Shown here: piece after piece, positions 47,565 to 60,077 of the stretch
How the letters are laid out: each line of letters starts with the position of its first letter
Position numbering within the stretch: position 1 is the first letter of the stretch
Assembly (NCBI GenBank): GCA_002104905.1
Contig: MCFE01000408.1
Span: 16,008-80,007, forward strand
DNA from: Basidiobolus meristosporus CBS 931.73
Taxonomy: Eukaryota; Fungi; Basidiobolomycota
Direction of reading: 5' to 3'
DNA: 64,000 nt
Position numbers and translations under genes: made by a program
Notes under the pieces: generated by a model
The model's database searches: none
Told to the model about the DNA's origin: nothing
The model's input: only the letters and a program-made list of their open reading frames with translations

Positions 47565-50437
47565 TATATCTAGGCTCTCTATCTACTGTATCTATGGATT
47601 CCAAAGAGGTCAAGAGACAAGAGCGAATGAATACCCAGAGGAATATCAAATCGAATGATGGAGCAGTGGGTTTCGACAGCCCTTACACCACTTATATACC
47701 TCCAACCAGGCAATGGACGCATATTTCATTGGCAATGGGGACTGAGAAATCAAGTCATACAACCCGGTATGTTCTTGATTCTAGTCGATAATTGGAAACT
47801 TTTGATAGTACATTTTAGGTTTTAACCATAATCACTTACAATTCCATGGCAAGATCGGATCTAACCTCCAGTTTCATATATTCCATGGGCAAATAAGCTT
47901 GAGAATAATTTATACCGCGTATGTAATATCGATTGGCCATTGCTAGTGAGCTTTGATAATCAAGAGCCTGCCAGGTGCAAGCCCTTGAAAAAGCCACCAA
48001 GTAGTAGATCTCTTGGTGGGCCAAATTGTTAGCGATCGACATTGCTACGTAATACACATTAGCCTAGCAAAATGCAATATGTATACAGTATCGTGCAATA
48101 CGCCCAGCACCAGGCGAGTCTGGTTTACTCAAGATTCAATGAAGTTCCCTACTATACATCTCTAGAATCCAGTACTCATGGTTGTCACGAACTGGCACAT
48201 ATACCCGGTCACCAATTGGCAAGAGGCCGTCGTAGCCTTCCAGCGAGCAGTATGGTTGAACTTCAACTATTTAATATTCCTATTGGCTCCGTTGTTAGAT
48301 GTTGAAGAAGCTCACTGGAATGGAATAAACCGCCTAATATTGAAATGATATCAAATACAATAGTGAGACCTGGAAAAGCATCGTACTTATTGATACATGA
48401 AACCTATGTCGGAAAGCTCGGATATCCCGAGGTTTCGGTCAAGGACTGCGCTAGTTGGCTGTCGTTACGAGGATTTTTCCCAAAGGATGTGTAATACTTG
48501 CATGAACATGCACTGATTGGCACCTCTCCGTCTTTAACTCCGAAACAACTTCCTATAGTGATAAACTAGTGTATATTCATTTATCGGCGATACGATCCAA
48601 TCACCAGGGTGTATTTGGAACAGACCACTTAACGTACTGGGAATGGAATGCATGCAAGCCACAAATGATCGAATGGCTGTTGCTGATGATTGACACAACC
48701 GCACATTCAGATTTATCGGAGTATTTTCACACCTCGACGTAATGGAATGAATATATCTCTCCGTTGGAACCTGATTCGCTGATGGGCAGGTTAATTGTCT
48801 CGCATATGAAGTCGCGACTGTATTGGGTGTTAGAGTTATATCCGAACGATGCTAGAGACCCACGAAGGAAGGGAGCCCACACTGTGGTGATCTAAGGTTG
48901 TTAGGGTGGCTTCAAAATAGAAATGGGCTTACTGCGATGTGCTCCAATACCCTGGTTACAACCCCACCATTGGATTCGTCAGGGTCACCGCTGTATACCA
49001 TTTGCTACCATTGGTGTGAATTTCTGTTGTTAAAGTGACATTGTGATATACGAGGATTGCTCGAAATGACATCATTGCGTCATCATGGATATCAAGGGCA
49101 GCACGTGCAACTCAATTTCATGGGAAAAATGATTGGTATGGGCATGATTTTTATCTGGCCATATCAGCATCCGTATACTCCAACAATTACTATCCACAAG
49201 CCGTGGCAATTCCATCGAGCAATAAAGAAATTATGGCCTGCTGGATATCAACTCATCATCAACCCGACTCATCTTTGGTGATAATCCTGGAGTCTCCAGA
49301 CCAGGTTAATAAGTTCTACCGTAGAGCTTGGAGGCAAGGAAAACCAAATAATGACAACAGTTCTAAATCTTGGCTACCATGAAATCAATCAATAGTAAAA
49401 TCTATATGGAACTATAACTCAGAGCAATGTCTGGATTCACTTTATCTCTCCTGGTATTCTTATGCCAACCAATGCATTGGCGACTGTCTATTTCTGTTTG
49501 CATACTGCGTAATTGTATGTAATCGGGCCAATCATTACATCCAGATACTTGTTTAATGAATATGTAGGTATTGTCTGTCCCAAGATTGCCCCAAACCTGG
49601 CACTAAAGAGCAGTCACTTGAATGAAATGAAGCTTGCCTGCTTCTCCCAGCATTTCCTGCTCTTGCTATAAGTTATTCTTACCATGCAGTGCATACATTC
49701 TTATATGCACCTAGATTTGGTTCTTTAAATCACTGGCTTTCTTAACTAATGCAATCCCTCCAATGGTAAAGCAATTAATTGTCTATAGGTAGTATTACGT
49801 TGGATATGTGTTTGGATGAGACACATGACTCTCACATATGCCAAGGCCCAGTTGCTTGGTAGTTCATGGTCTCAGAACGAAGGATTGAGTCAGGCATCCG
49901 TCACCACACCTATATTACAGCAGCAGAGGCTGGTACGAACATTCCCTACGGCTTTCCAAGTAAAGTGGTACTTGACATCAAAATATGATTGACAGAGCGT
50001 TCGATCCTGCATCATGAAAGTTCATGCAAATTATGTGAATATGGATATAAACTGATGCTAACCCTAACAAACTAATCATTCGCAACAGTTGATTTGTGCC
50101 ATCTTTGCTAAGCGATAAACAATATGTATGTACAGATAATCGATGGTTACCTAACTAATGATATTGAAATAATAATACCAGCTCTGTGCCGTTGTTGAAC
50201 CACGTCTACTCAGCAAGGCTAGTAAGTATTCACGAATACGATGAACTAAGTAATGCAAGCTTCTATCATTCAAGCTAGGTTTATTTTATAAATATGCGGA
50301 GGGTTTTGAGATGGATTTAGAGCATGCAAAAAGTGGTAGAGTATAAAAGAGAAACGTTGCCAAAAATACAACGGTTAAAAAGTCCATGGTAGTGTTCGTC
50401 TATGATAGAGCTAAACAAGCGCAAGTATTGAATCTAT

Positions 50438-51899
50438 TTAAAACTCAGTTTTGATTGCTTCAATATCAAAACCGGGCATGGGGAAGCCCATAGCGAACTC
50501 CTTGACCTCTTGTTGAAGGGCCTTCAACTCTTCGTTGCCTTCCAAAGCGATCAAGAAGTCCTTGATCAACTTGCTACCAGCCTTTTCTTGAGCGGCGAGA
50601 CCAATCTGGACAGCACGGTGAAGGAACTCGGCAACCTTCACGAAATCGTCTTCCTTGAAGCTTCTGGAAGTCAGAGCAGAGGCACCAATACGAACACCGC
50701 CAGGAGTGACAGCTGAGACATCACCGTGAACAGCATTCTTGTTCAGGGTGATATGACAAAGGTCACAGAGTTTCTCGAGCTTTGAACCAGTCAATTTGTT
50801 GGGTCTAAGATCCCAGAGAACAAGGTGGTTCTCAGTGCCGTTGGTGACAATCTTGTAACCATAGTTGGAGAGAGCCTCAGCCAACTTGCTAGCGTTAGCA
50901 CGGACTTGCTTGGCGTATTGCTTGAATTCTGGAGAGCCAGCTTGTTTGAGGGCTACAGCGATAGCAGCAATGGTGTTGTTATGGGGTCCACCTTGGCATG
51001 AGGGGAAGACGGCTTGGTTGACACGAGACTCGATGTCACCATTCTTACGGAAGAAGATAATACCAGCACGAGGACCTCTAAGGGTCTTGTGGGTGGTAGT
51101 GGTAACAATGTCGCAGTACTCGAAGGGGTTTTTGACCTCCTGAGCAGCAACCAAGCCGGAAATATGAGCCATATCGCACATAAGGTAGGCGCCGTGTTGA
51201 TCAGCGATCTTTCTGAATCTGGCGTAATCCCAATCTCTGGCATAGGCAGAGGCACCACAGATCACCAACTTAGGTCTGAACAAGGCGGCATTCTGTTCCA
51301 ATCTATCGTAGTCGATAACACCAGTTTGGTTGTCAACTTGGTAAGGCATCGACTCGAAGTAAATGGAGGAGGATGAGATCTTCTTCTTGGAGGTTTGATA
51401 ACCGTGAGTCAAATGTCCACCAGATGGAAGATCAAGACCCATAATACGATCGTGGGGCTGGATAAGTGCAGTGAAGGCAGCAAAGTTGGCAGTACTGCCA
51501 GAGTAGGGCTGAACGTTAACACCCCATTCCTCGGGATTCAGGTTGAATGCACGGAGGGCACGGTCACGGCAAATGTTCTCGATTTGGTCGATGAACTCGT
51601 TACCACCATAGTAACGGGCACCAGGGAGACCTTCGGAGTACTTGTTGGTCAGGCAGGAACCGTTAGCTTCGATGACAGCCTGGGAGGTGAAGTTCTCGGA
51701 GGCAATCAACTCCAAGCCAGAAAACTGTCTGAACTTCTCCTTCTCGATGAGGTCGAAAATTTCCCTGTCCTCCTGTTCCAATGGAGTGTTCAAGCACACA
51801 TTCTTATAGGATTGAAGTATATCAGTATATGATCAAAAGCAAAGGTGAGATAGCGGTTCAGCGTACCCAACTGTCAGAAGGCTTAGTGTTGTAGACCAT
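50438..51899 (-). CDS. SHM2: Serine hydroxymethyltransferase, cytosolic type, 2 exons
   Basis: Motifs [37 protein letters not shown] and [12 protein letters not shown]. Exon 1 is 51867-51899 ([11 protein letters not shown]), the intron is 51803-51866 (GTACGC..AAG), and there is no mitochondrial presequence. Confidence 0.96.
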
Positions 51900-53387
51900 T
51901 GTTGAAGTAGATAGCACGAGTAGCTGAAGGAGACTGAGATGCTGGTTGGAAACATGCCATGTGAGTATATATAGTCGAGAGAGGCTGACTCGGATCAGAG
52001 TATAAATTTTGCGGGTACCAAATACGAAACTGAAGATTTGAAAAAGCAAGTCCGCCCCAACAAGTGAGAATCTAAGATTTGAGTTAACAGGCTCCACCCG
52101 CTCAGCATCAAATCATCGCCAACTTTCCCATTGTAATAGCTTGTCGTGCGAAATGCGAGTACTGGGCGTACGTTGCCGCGTCTATACTGAGACCAACCAC
52201 ATAGTACCTCTCGACGGGTGAGTGCTTGCTGATATGCAGCAAGATATTGTAAGGCATTGCTGCGAAGCCCATGGCAGCATACCGTAGCGTCCAAATCGCT
52301 CAATATCGTAGCCCAATCACAATACCATTCGCTTAGCAATCGGTACTTCCCGTGAGTTTCGATTGGATGAGCGAATGAGTCAGGGTTAGCACCAAGATTA
52401 TCCACACCACCATCGATTCTCAGCTTGACAGAGGACCCTAGCTCATCCTCTACCGCAATAAGGATTCCCCAGTGTACACAAAGGTATAGTATGACTATGA
52501 GGGTGGGACCAACGCATTTGGCTGCTTCTAGTTCTTCCTGGTTGCCATATTCTGATTGATACAACGTTGCTGATTAAAAATGATTGATGATAAGAGCCTT
52601 ATCTCCTGATAACATGTTATCAAGTATGGACTAATCAAGCATCCGACAAGCATGGCCAATAGAAAGGCGCACAGCGTAACTCAAAAGAAATTTTCCTTCG
52701 AATCGAGTGAAGGTTTTACAAATGAAGATCTACTCCATCCACTTCCCCATACACCAACCCAGCCAAGGGAAAGATCGATCCATAGAAATTGATGGAGTTC
52801 CTGCGAAGGATTTTGCCAATACAATCCCACACTGAGTATTGTTTCCTGGTCATAAGCGAACACCAAATCCCCTTCACCTAATAGCAATCAAGTGGTGGAC
52901 ATACAGCAAACAAAACCAGGATCATTCAGTGGTAGCATATGCGCCAAAGCCAAGCATGAATTCTTTAGCTGGATGTGCCTTTACCCTGGTATAACCCAAA
53001 TGCATAGTCCATGTTATCGCTGATAAGACGTTATCAGCAAGGCCCGCGCTTGATGAGGCTATGGAGTATAAGGAAATCCCACATATGGCTGGTGAGTCAC
53101 TGAATCCCTTGAAATTTTATCACTAGTGGGGCTGAGTGGAAGGCAGCTGTGTTCAAACTCCAGTCACATTTTAGCTTTATTGATGCGATCACTGAACGCA
53201 CTCGAAAACCATCTCCACGTCCAGCAGTAATCAAGGCGCTAAACCCAAGTCTTCGACTACACATACTGCAGTATGTTGATACATGGTACAAGAGTGCCAC
53301 AAACCCAGGCTTGAACTGACTAATAACTTCTCGAGGATACCAAACGTTGTGGCTGTAGCATATCGGGCAAAGTGGGTGCGAGCAGCC

Positions 53388-54622
53388 TTAGAAATTATTC
53401 TGATTGAAGAAAGTCTGGAAGAATAGAAGCATATTAGCGGTCATGTTCGTGTGCATATATTTTCAGCCTGAACAAGGTAAACACATACGTAGATCGAATC
53501 ATCAATGAACTTGGCGTCCTCTTTGCTATCGCCAGGTCCTCCTGCCCAATGACCCCAGATGCTCTCAATAACCTTTAGCTCGGCATTTTCACCCATATAA
53601 TCCTTTTCAATCTGACTGTCTTCGGGTGGAAAATACAAGTCGTGTCTGCAAGGCATGATCAAGACTTTCGCCTGGATACCCCTCAAGGCTCTAGCAAAAG
53701 CCTCTTCATCCTTCGGGGAGCCAGCGCCTGCTTTCCCGAGGCCTCGGTCCGAGAGACGACCATCCGGCTCTGAGAGAAGGGAGTCGCCAGCATAGAGCGG
53801 CTGGGTGGAGATATCACCATGCTGCCAAGTCCAGAGCATATGAAGCATATTATTAGCGTCCTTCTTCGTCGACCAGTCCTCCCAAAACTCGACCATAACG
53901 TTCTCAACACCTTTGATGCCGTAGTATTTCTCAAATCCCTTCTCGCGATAAAATGCCTGGCTGAACCCCCAGCCAGCGTAAACTCTGCCTAAAGCTTTGA
54001 GCCCCACAAGGGGTTGCTGACCCTTCTCCTCCATATAACGGCCTTGGCAATATCCCTCTGTGTCAGTGAGGATGGCGCTTTTCACTGCTTCAAGAAAAAC
54101 CCAGTTATGAAACGAAGTCCGAGCCGAGCCGCAAAAGGGGACCGCAAGCTTCACAAAGGACGGGTACTGTGATGCCCACTGGAAAGCTTGTCCTGCTCCC
54201 ATGCTCCAACCCACAACAGCAATCTGCTCAGTAATACCCAGCTCTTTGGTCAGAAGCTGGTGTTGGGCCCTGACATTGTCGTAGAAGGTTGTCTTTGGCA
54301 TATTGACTCCACCCTTGGGTCCAGTAGTGTTGGAAGGTGACATAGATTCGCCGTTTCCAAAGAGTGCTGGTACAACGATAAAGTATCGATTGGGGTCGAG
54401 TGCTCGGCGAGGATGCTCTGCAGTGGAGATGAGCCACTCGTTACCCTTGACAATTGTACCAGAGTACCAGGTTGGGTAGAGGATGCAAGGATTCTTGGGA
54501 GAGCCGTAGGTTCGATAGGCAATGTAGGCAGAGGATAGAATTTCACCGGATTGCAGTTCGAAGTCGCCCAGTTGGTACAACTTGATGGAAGGATCCATTT
54601 GTGGGATCATGGTTGAAGTCAA
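53388..54622 (-). CDS. Homoserine O-acetyltransferase (MetX)-like alpha/beta hydrolase, 2 exons
   Basis: Motifs LGDFELQSG, YPTWYSG, GNGESMSPSN, GWSMG nucleophile elbow, DLYFPPED and IWGHWAG. A likely 74-nt intron at 53415-53488 (GTATGT..gctaat..CAG) gives the C-terminus TFFNQNNF*. Confidence 0.85.
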
Positions 54623-56386
54623 TTCTGGAATTCCGAGTGTGCAAGTATAAAATAGACCAAAGTAGCGAAGTCAGTAAGGCTATGTGAGTATGAAAATATG
54701 GTATAGGGAATTGGAAATAACTACAAGGTGCAAAAATGAAAGATATAAGGGTGGATGAGAGGTACTGTCTTACGCAAACTGAAAGTTGAACAGGTTCTAC
54801 TGTGGTGGCTGAGTTCATGGATTCGGGGATAGGCTTTTACTGGTACCAAATATAATTCACCAATCCTAGTGACTTTCCCTCCCCCAAACATTTCATTGAC
54901 TGGTGGCAATACGTCCCCTGCCCTAACTACAATATAAAGGGAGGATGAATTGATTTGCATAGCTATGTTATAGCAACATCAAAAAGTACATTGTAGATGA
55001 AACTGATTGAGGTATGCAATTAATATGCCCAGGATTAGAGCGGATTGTTGAATGTAGCATTGGAAACTCAGAAATGACTTGGAGTTTATAAGTAAATGTG
55101 TGATTAAACTCTTATCATGGTGTAGGTGTTATAGCAGAATTTAAAAAGCCATAAGAAATAAAACTAAGAAAAGGCCAGCAGAATACCATCATAATATCAG
55201 CTAAATTCCAACTTTCCCAAAGGTGACAGCTCTCAATATCTCAGGTACTAGCTTCACTGCAGGCAAGCAGACATCCTTTCCAGGGGGAGATTAGGCCAAC
55301 TAGCATTCATACCAGATTTGGTAATCAACTGCTCATTACTTCCAACAAAAGTTGCAGCTGGAAATTTGAAGCAGAAACACTAGCAGATTACCAACAATAT
55401 ACCCTCAGAATACCAGATGAATACCAGCTGAAAATCCAATGAATTCCAACTTTGAGATTTTTCATAGGGAAGGTTAGAAATTGCATTTAAAAAGACACTT
55501 TTAAGGAACCACTGTAGCAGAACAATTCAATACTACTCCATGCTGTAAGAGCCTCTGAAAGATTCCTGAGATTTTGGTACCTAAAGGGAGGGAAAGTCAG
55601 CAAGCTGGTGAAATCATTATTCCAGGTAACATGGAATAATGGAAAATATATGTTGTTGTGCATCAACATTTAAAACTTTGCCAATTTTACTCCGTTTGAA
55701 AATCTAGTACCCTAACTGATTTTCCCTAACCCAAACATAACAAATCCCAGTTACAGTTTATTTGATCCCACCTCAGAATCTATTTTTAGCTATCACACCT
55801 GATCTATTTTCAAATGGTCATCACGTTATCAACCTATCTGCCAAGCCTTCCCAGATGATTAGTCATCTGAGATCTATCCAACCACTGTGCAGTTGCCAAG
55901 ACATCAGTTGATTGATGATGTAATTTTCATTTATCTTATGCACCTATGAACACCCAAATTGATTTCAATCAATCCAGTCCCTTGGCGCTTACTAATTCAA
56001 CTTGATCAGAAAAGTATAAAGTGTACTGAACCTTTTGGTTTAGTGTGTGTCTCAACAAAATTAAGATTCTGTCTCAGCAAAAATAAGAATCCAACAATTC
56101 TGTTCTAGTTTCTATCCAAGCCTAGTGTATCTAGCACTCCAAAGAACACCAAGCCTAGCCTGCCTAGCAAACAAATATCATTGCCTTTATAGCCAACCCA
56201 GCTATATCCAAGACCAATATTAGATCAGAATCTTTCTGCTAATATTTCCGCCACTCTCTGACAATTCTAAGATTCTGCACTTAATTGTCCCTTTGGTTCA
56301 GTTAAACCATTCAAGAGTTTTATTACACTTTCTCTTGGATACAACATTTTTTTTGTTGAATTCCATTACATTCAGCCGATTAGAAG

Positions 56387-59250
56387 ATGTCCTCAGCAGC
56401 AAGCAATCCAAACCTTTCCATGTTGGAAGAAGCCAGAAGAAATCAGGAAGAACTTACTGAACAGCTTGAAAACATCATGCTTGAAAGAAATACCATGATG
56501 ATTGAGCACTCAAAGCTTGCCAAAACAAGATCTGATAATCACCGTAGAGATGAATTCCTTGAAGTTATATCCGGTTACCAAGATGAAATTGGAATAATTA
56601 AGGAAGCACTGGAGAATATTGCCATAGTAATTGACAGCATTGAAAATCCACCAAGCCTTGCTCTGCATCAGCCACCAAGAAGTCATGCCTTTGAATCCTC
56701 CAGATCTACATCTCCTTCTAGACCTGCCCCGGTGGTTGTCCCAAGATCCTTGCCTGTTTATGCTGAAGGCACCAATGCCATCAAGAATCCAACTGAGTTT
56801 CTTTACAAGTTTAGTCACGTCTTAGCTGCACACCAGCTAGACCCTGACACCAACTGGGCTAGACTTCTGCCACTCTGTCTCACAATGCAAGATGCTGACT
56901 GGGTTGAAGTGAACATTCCTTCCAATAGTACGTGGAAAATTGCCCAAAACCTCTTTTGCAGCCATTTTGAAGATCCTCTCAAGAAAGCACATCTGAACTG
57001 CAACTTATGGAAAACTAAAATGCAAAAAGGTGAATCTGTGCAACACTTCTGTGATAGATTCCAAAGACAAATGAGATTAGCTGGAGTTAGTGATAATAAT
57101 CCATTGCTAACTGCTCATTTTCTTTCAAACTTTTCACACTAGCTACAGAGCAATATTGCTATTGTCAAAGCATGCAACCCTGCACGTACCTATGACCAGA
57201 TCTCAGAGATATGTGCACTGGCAATCACCTTGACTGCAGCTGTTAGCCAGACTTCAGGCAGCTCAACCCAATATCCCACAACAGCCGGAAAAGAGACCAG
57301 TCATGTGACCAAGAAGCAGTCAACCACTACTAAGCACTGTGAGCTTCATGGAAAATGCTATCATTCTACCAGTGAATGCAAAGGCATCACCAAGCAGTCA
57401 AACAAGTCAGCAAACACCGCAGAAAAGCAGCAAAACACCAAAACTGATAATCCATATGCGGATGACAAGTGCTTTAAATGTGGAAATAGGGGACATAGAT
57501 CACCTGCCTGTCCTGAGAAGAACTCCACACAATCAGCCAAAATTACCCAGATCCTTGATGATCATTCAGCCAATGATACAATGGGGTATGAAGAAGCATA
57601 TGAAGAACTTACAGTTCAAGATTATCACAACCTCTTTGAGTTTCCGGCTAAAATTGCAACTGTCCAAGAAAAGAAGCAACCAATCACACAGCTCAAAGCC
57701 ATAGAAGTGCCACTCACCCTCAATGGCCAATCATACGTAGCACTACTGGATACTGGATCATCCAACTCTATTGTATCACCCAATGTAGTCAGAGAACTCA
57801 ATTTGGAGATAGAAAAACAACCAGGAAAAGTCATTCTTGCAGCTAAGGATCTCTCAGCCCCAAGAATTGGCATTACCAACCCAATCAACATACATTGTGG
57901 CTCAGTAACCATAATCCATCAGATGGAAGTGATTGACATACCAGATGGACCTCAGGTAGTCATTGGTCTGGACACCTTCACCAAACTTGGCTTTCACATA
58001 GGCGGACTACTGGTTTCCTATCCAGGAATCACTAAATCTCAGCCGCTCATAATGGATCAAATCCCAGAGATTATCTCATCCCAACCAGAAGAAGAAGAGT
58101 TAACCCCAAATTTTCAAGAATATTCTCAATCAGTCAAATTAGATATTCAGCCGGCCATAGAGAGAAATCAGGCCATTCCAAGGAACAGCTTCTGCACCAT
58201 CCCAGAATCCATTGTTACACTAGAGACCCCACCTGGTGAGTCAACATGGAGGAGGCAATACCCAATTCCGCATTCATGTCAACACTTAGTTGATGAGATA
58301 GTCCAAAAATGGGCTGACAATGGAATTATCACTCAAGCCCCTGTCAACACAACATTCAACAGCCCTTTGACGCTTGCACCAAAGAAAGATGCTGATGGAA
58401 ATCTAACCCTGAAGAGACCCTGTTTGGACCCCAGACCTCTGAACAAGCTTCTCCAAGATGACAAGTTTCCAATTCCAAGAATCCAAGATATCTTTTCCGC
58501 ACTATCAGGAGCAAAAGTGTTCTCCAAGTTGGACTTGAAGGATGCATATCACCGATTCCAGATCCATCCTGATCATCAGCATAAGACTGCCTTTACTTGG
58601 AATAATATGCAATGGATGTTTCAGGGAGCTCCCTTTGGCCTAAAGACACTTACCAGCAAGTTTCAGAGAGTCATGACTATAATACTCAAGAAGGCACCAT
58701 ACGCATTGGTATTTGTTGATGATGTCATCATATTCTCCACTAACCGTGATGATCATGCAACCCATGTCACTGATGTAATCAACAGACTGACAACTGCTGG
58801 ACTGATTCTCAATGCTGAAAAGTGCAGTTTTGCCCGCCTCAAAATCGATCTACTTGGATTTATAGTCACACCAGCTGGCCACCAATTAGATCCTTTCAAA
58901 CTGGTCAATATCCCAGAATGGCCAAAACCCACTAGCGCCAAGCAACTTCAACATTATCTTGGAGTATTCAACTATTTCAGGGAACACATACCACTCATGT
59001 CCTCATTGAGTGGCCTATTAGATGCATTACGCCATAGCCCTGATCTTACCTCAGCCTGGAACAAGACTCATGACCAAGCCTTTGAGTCACTCTGCCAACT
59101 GCTTCCACAAGCACCCACCTTATCCTACCCAGACTTTACTAAGCCCTTTGTTGTTGCTACAGATGCATCTAATGTTGGGTTAGGGGCAGTCCTCTATCAA
59201 GATGAAGACCAAAATCCGCCTCACTGGATCTCTTTCCAAGCCAGGTCCCT
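56387..59250 (+). mobile_element. Ty3/gypsy retrotransposon, single-frame gag-pol with an internal TAG at 57140-42, truncated in RNase H
   Basis: ORFs 56387-57142 and 57230-59314 share a frame. Motifs CELHGKCYHSTSEC, CFKCGNRGHRSPAC, ALLDTGSS, FSKLDLKDAYH, FVDD and VATDASNVGLGAVL. It breaks after SFQARSL. I could not delimit its LTR. Confidence 0.9.
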
Positions 59251-59876
59251 ACTTAGGTTAGGTTCTAGTGCTTTATTGGGAAATTTGCACAAGAAGTACA
59301 ATCTTGAAATATGACAAAGTCATATGAGTATAGCAACTAATATAAAATGAAAACTACTTTGCCAGTAAAAGGGTGAAGGAAACTGTAAAAGCTATAAAGG
59401 AAAGTTGGGACACAAGAAATTTACAGTACCATTCATTGCCCTACACTGCAAGTAAGCTCAAGGAACATAAGGGGAAGCTTTACCAGACTGAACTAAAGAA
59501 TCTTGCTTCAGATCACAAAGGAAACAATGAGACTGCAGAAGCTTTAAAGGAAACCAAGGTTCCCATAGTGATGGCTGACTGGGAAATCTACAGAAGCATT
59601 CACTGATCCAAAGAAGGAGGCAAGAGGCTAGAGTAATGTCATCAAAGAAAATGAACCATAAGCTGAAGTTCAGGCACATGCATCAAGTCCAATCATGCCA
59701 AAGACAGCTGCAGAAGCTTGAAAGGAACAGAAAGTCTCCATTGGGTGACTCCAGGGAAATCCACAGTCAGCCTTTACATCACCAGAGGTGGGCAGTGTCT
59801 GAAAGAAAGGAAAGAAAGAGCAAGAGAAAGGAAGGAGAGAAGGAAAAGGAAGGAGAGAAGAATGGGTGGTGGTGGA

Positions 59877-60019
59877 AATCTTATAGGTGAAGGATCTTGT
59901 TAAGATCACATCACTAGTTAGGGAGATTGTTAGGGAAGGAGCATCAGGTCAGAAGACCCAATCTTATAGGTGAAGGATCTTGTAAAGATCACATCACTAG
60001 GTTAGGGAGATTGTTAGGG
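59877..60019. repeat. Two ~60-bp direct repeats (period ~83 bp) in the LINE 3' UTR
   Basis: aatcttataggtgaaggatcttgt[t/a]aagatcacatcactag(g)ttagggagattgttaggg at 59877-59935 and 59960-60019. Confidence 0.9.
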
Positions 60020-60077
60020 GGGGAGACAGTCACCAACAGGTGAAATCTTTATTTCAGTTGAAACAAAGAAGCCAGCG

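Noticed and set aside
47655-47682. Short match (gatggagcagt...gacagc) to the Ras P-loop coding sequence upstream of copy B
   Set aside because: Only ~11+6 nt, with no further similarity on either side. Compatible with chance.
50056-50070. Isolated CTAACCCTAAC telomere-like motif
   Set aside because: Fewer than two full repeats and no structural context. Expected by chance in 64 kb.
44413-51832. Long antisense or overlapping ORFs over Ras and SHMT (e.g. 44413-44772, 46834-47286, 50865-51143, 51395-51832)
   Set aside because: These are shadow ORFs expected from GC-rich biased codon usage on the opposite strand of real genes.
51995-52564. 189-codon minus-strand ORF upstream of SHMT
   Set aside because: No recognisable motif, it starts at TTG, and it overlaps the likely SHMT promoter region. 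Not supportable as a gene without expression data.
55680-56386. 5' LTR and self-priming PBS of the third gypsy element (caaca-tttttttt-gttg hairpin at ~56342)
   Set aside because: There is no second LTR in the window for comparison, so the boundaries and priming mode cannot be supported.
57140-57145. TAG-CTA in the third gypsy element as programmed gag-pol readthrough
   Set aside because: The stop lies within gag, upstream of the zinc knuckles rather than at the gag/protease boundary. A CAG-to-TAG mutation is simpler.
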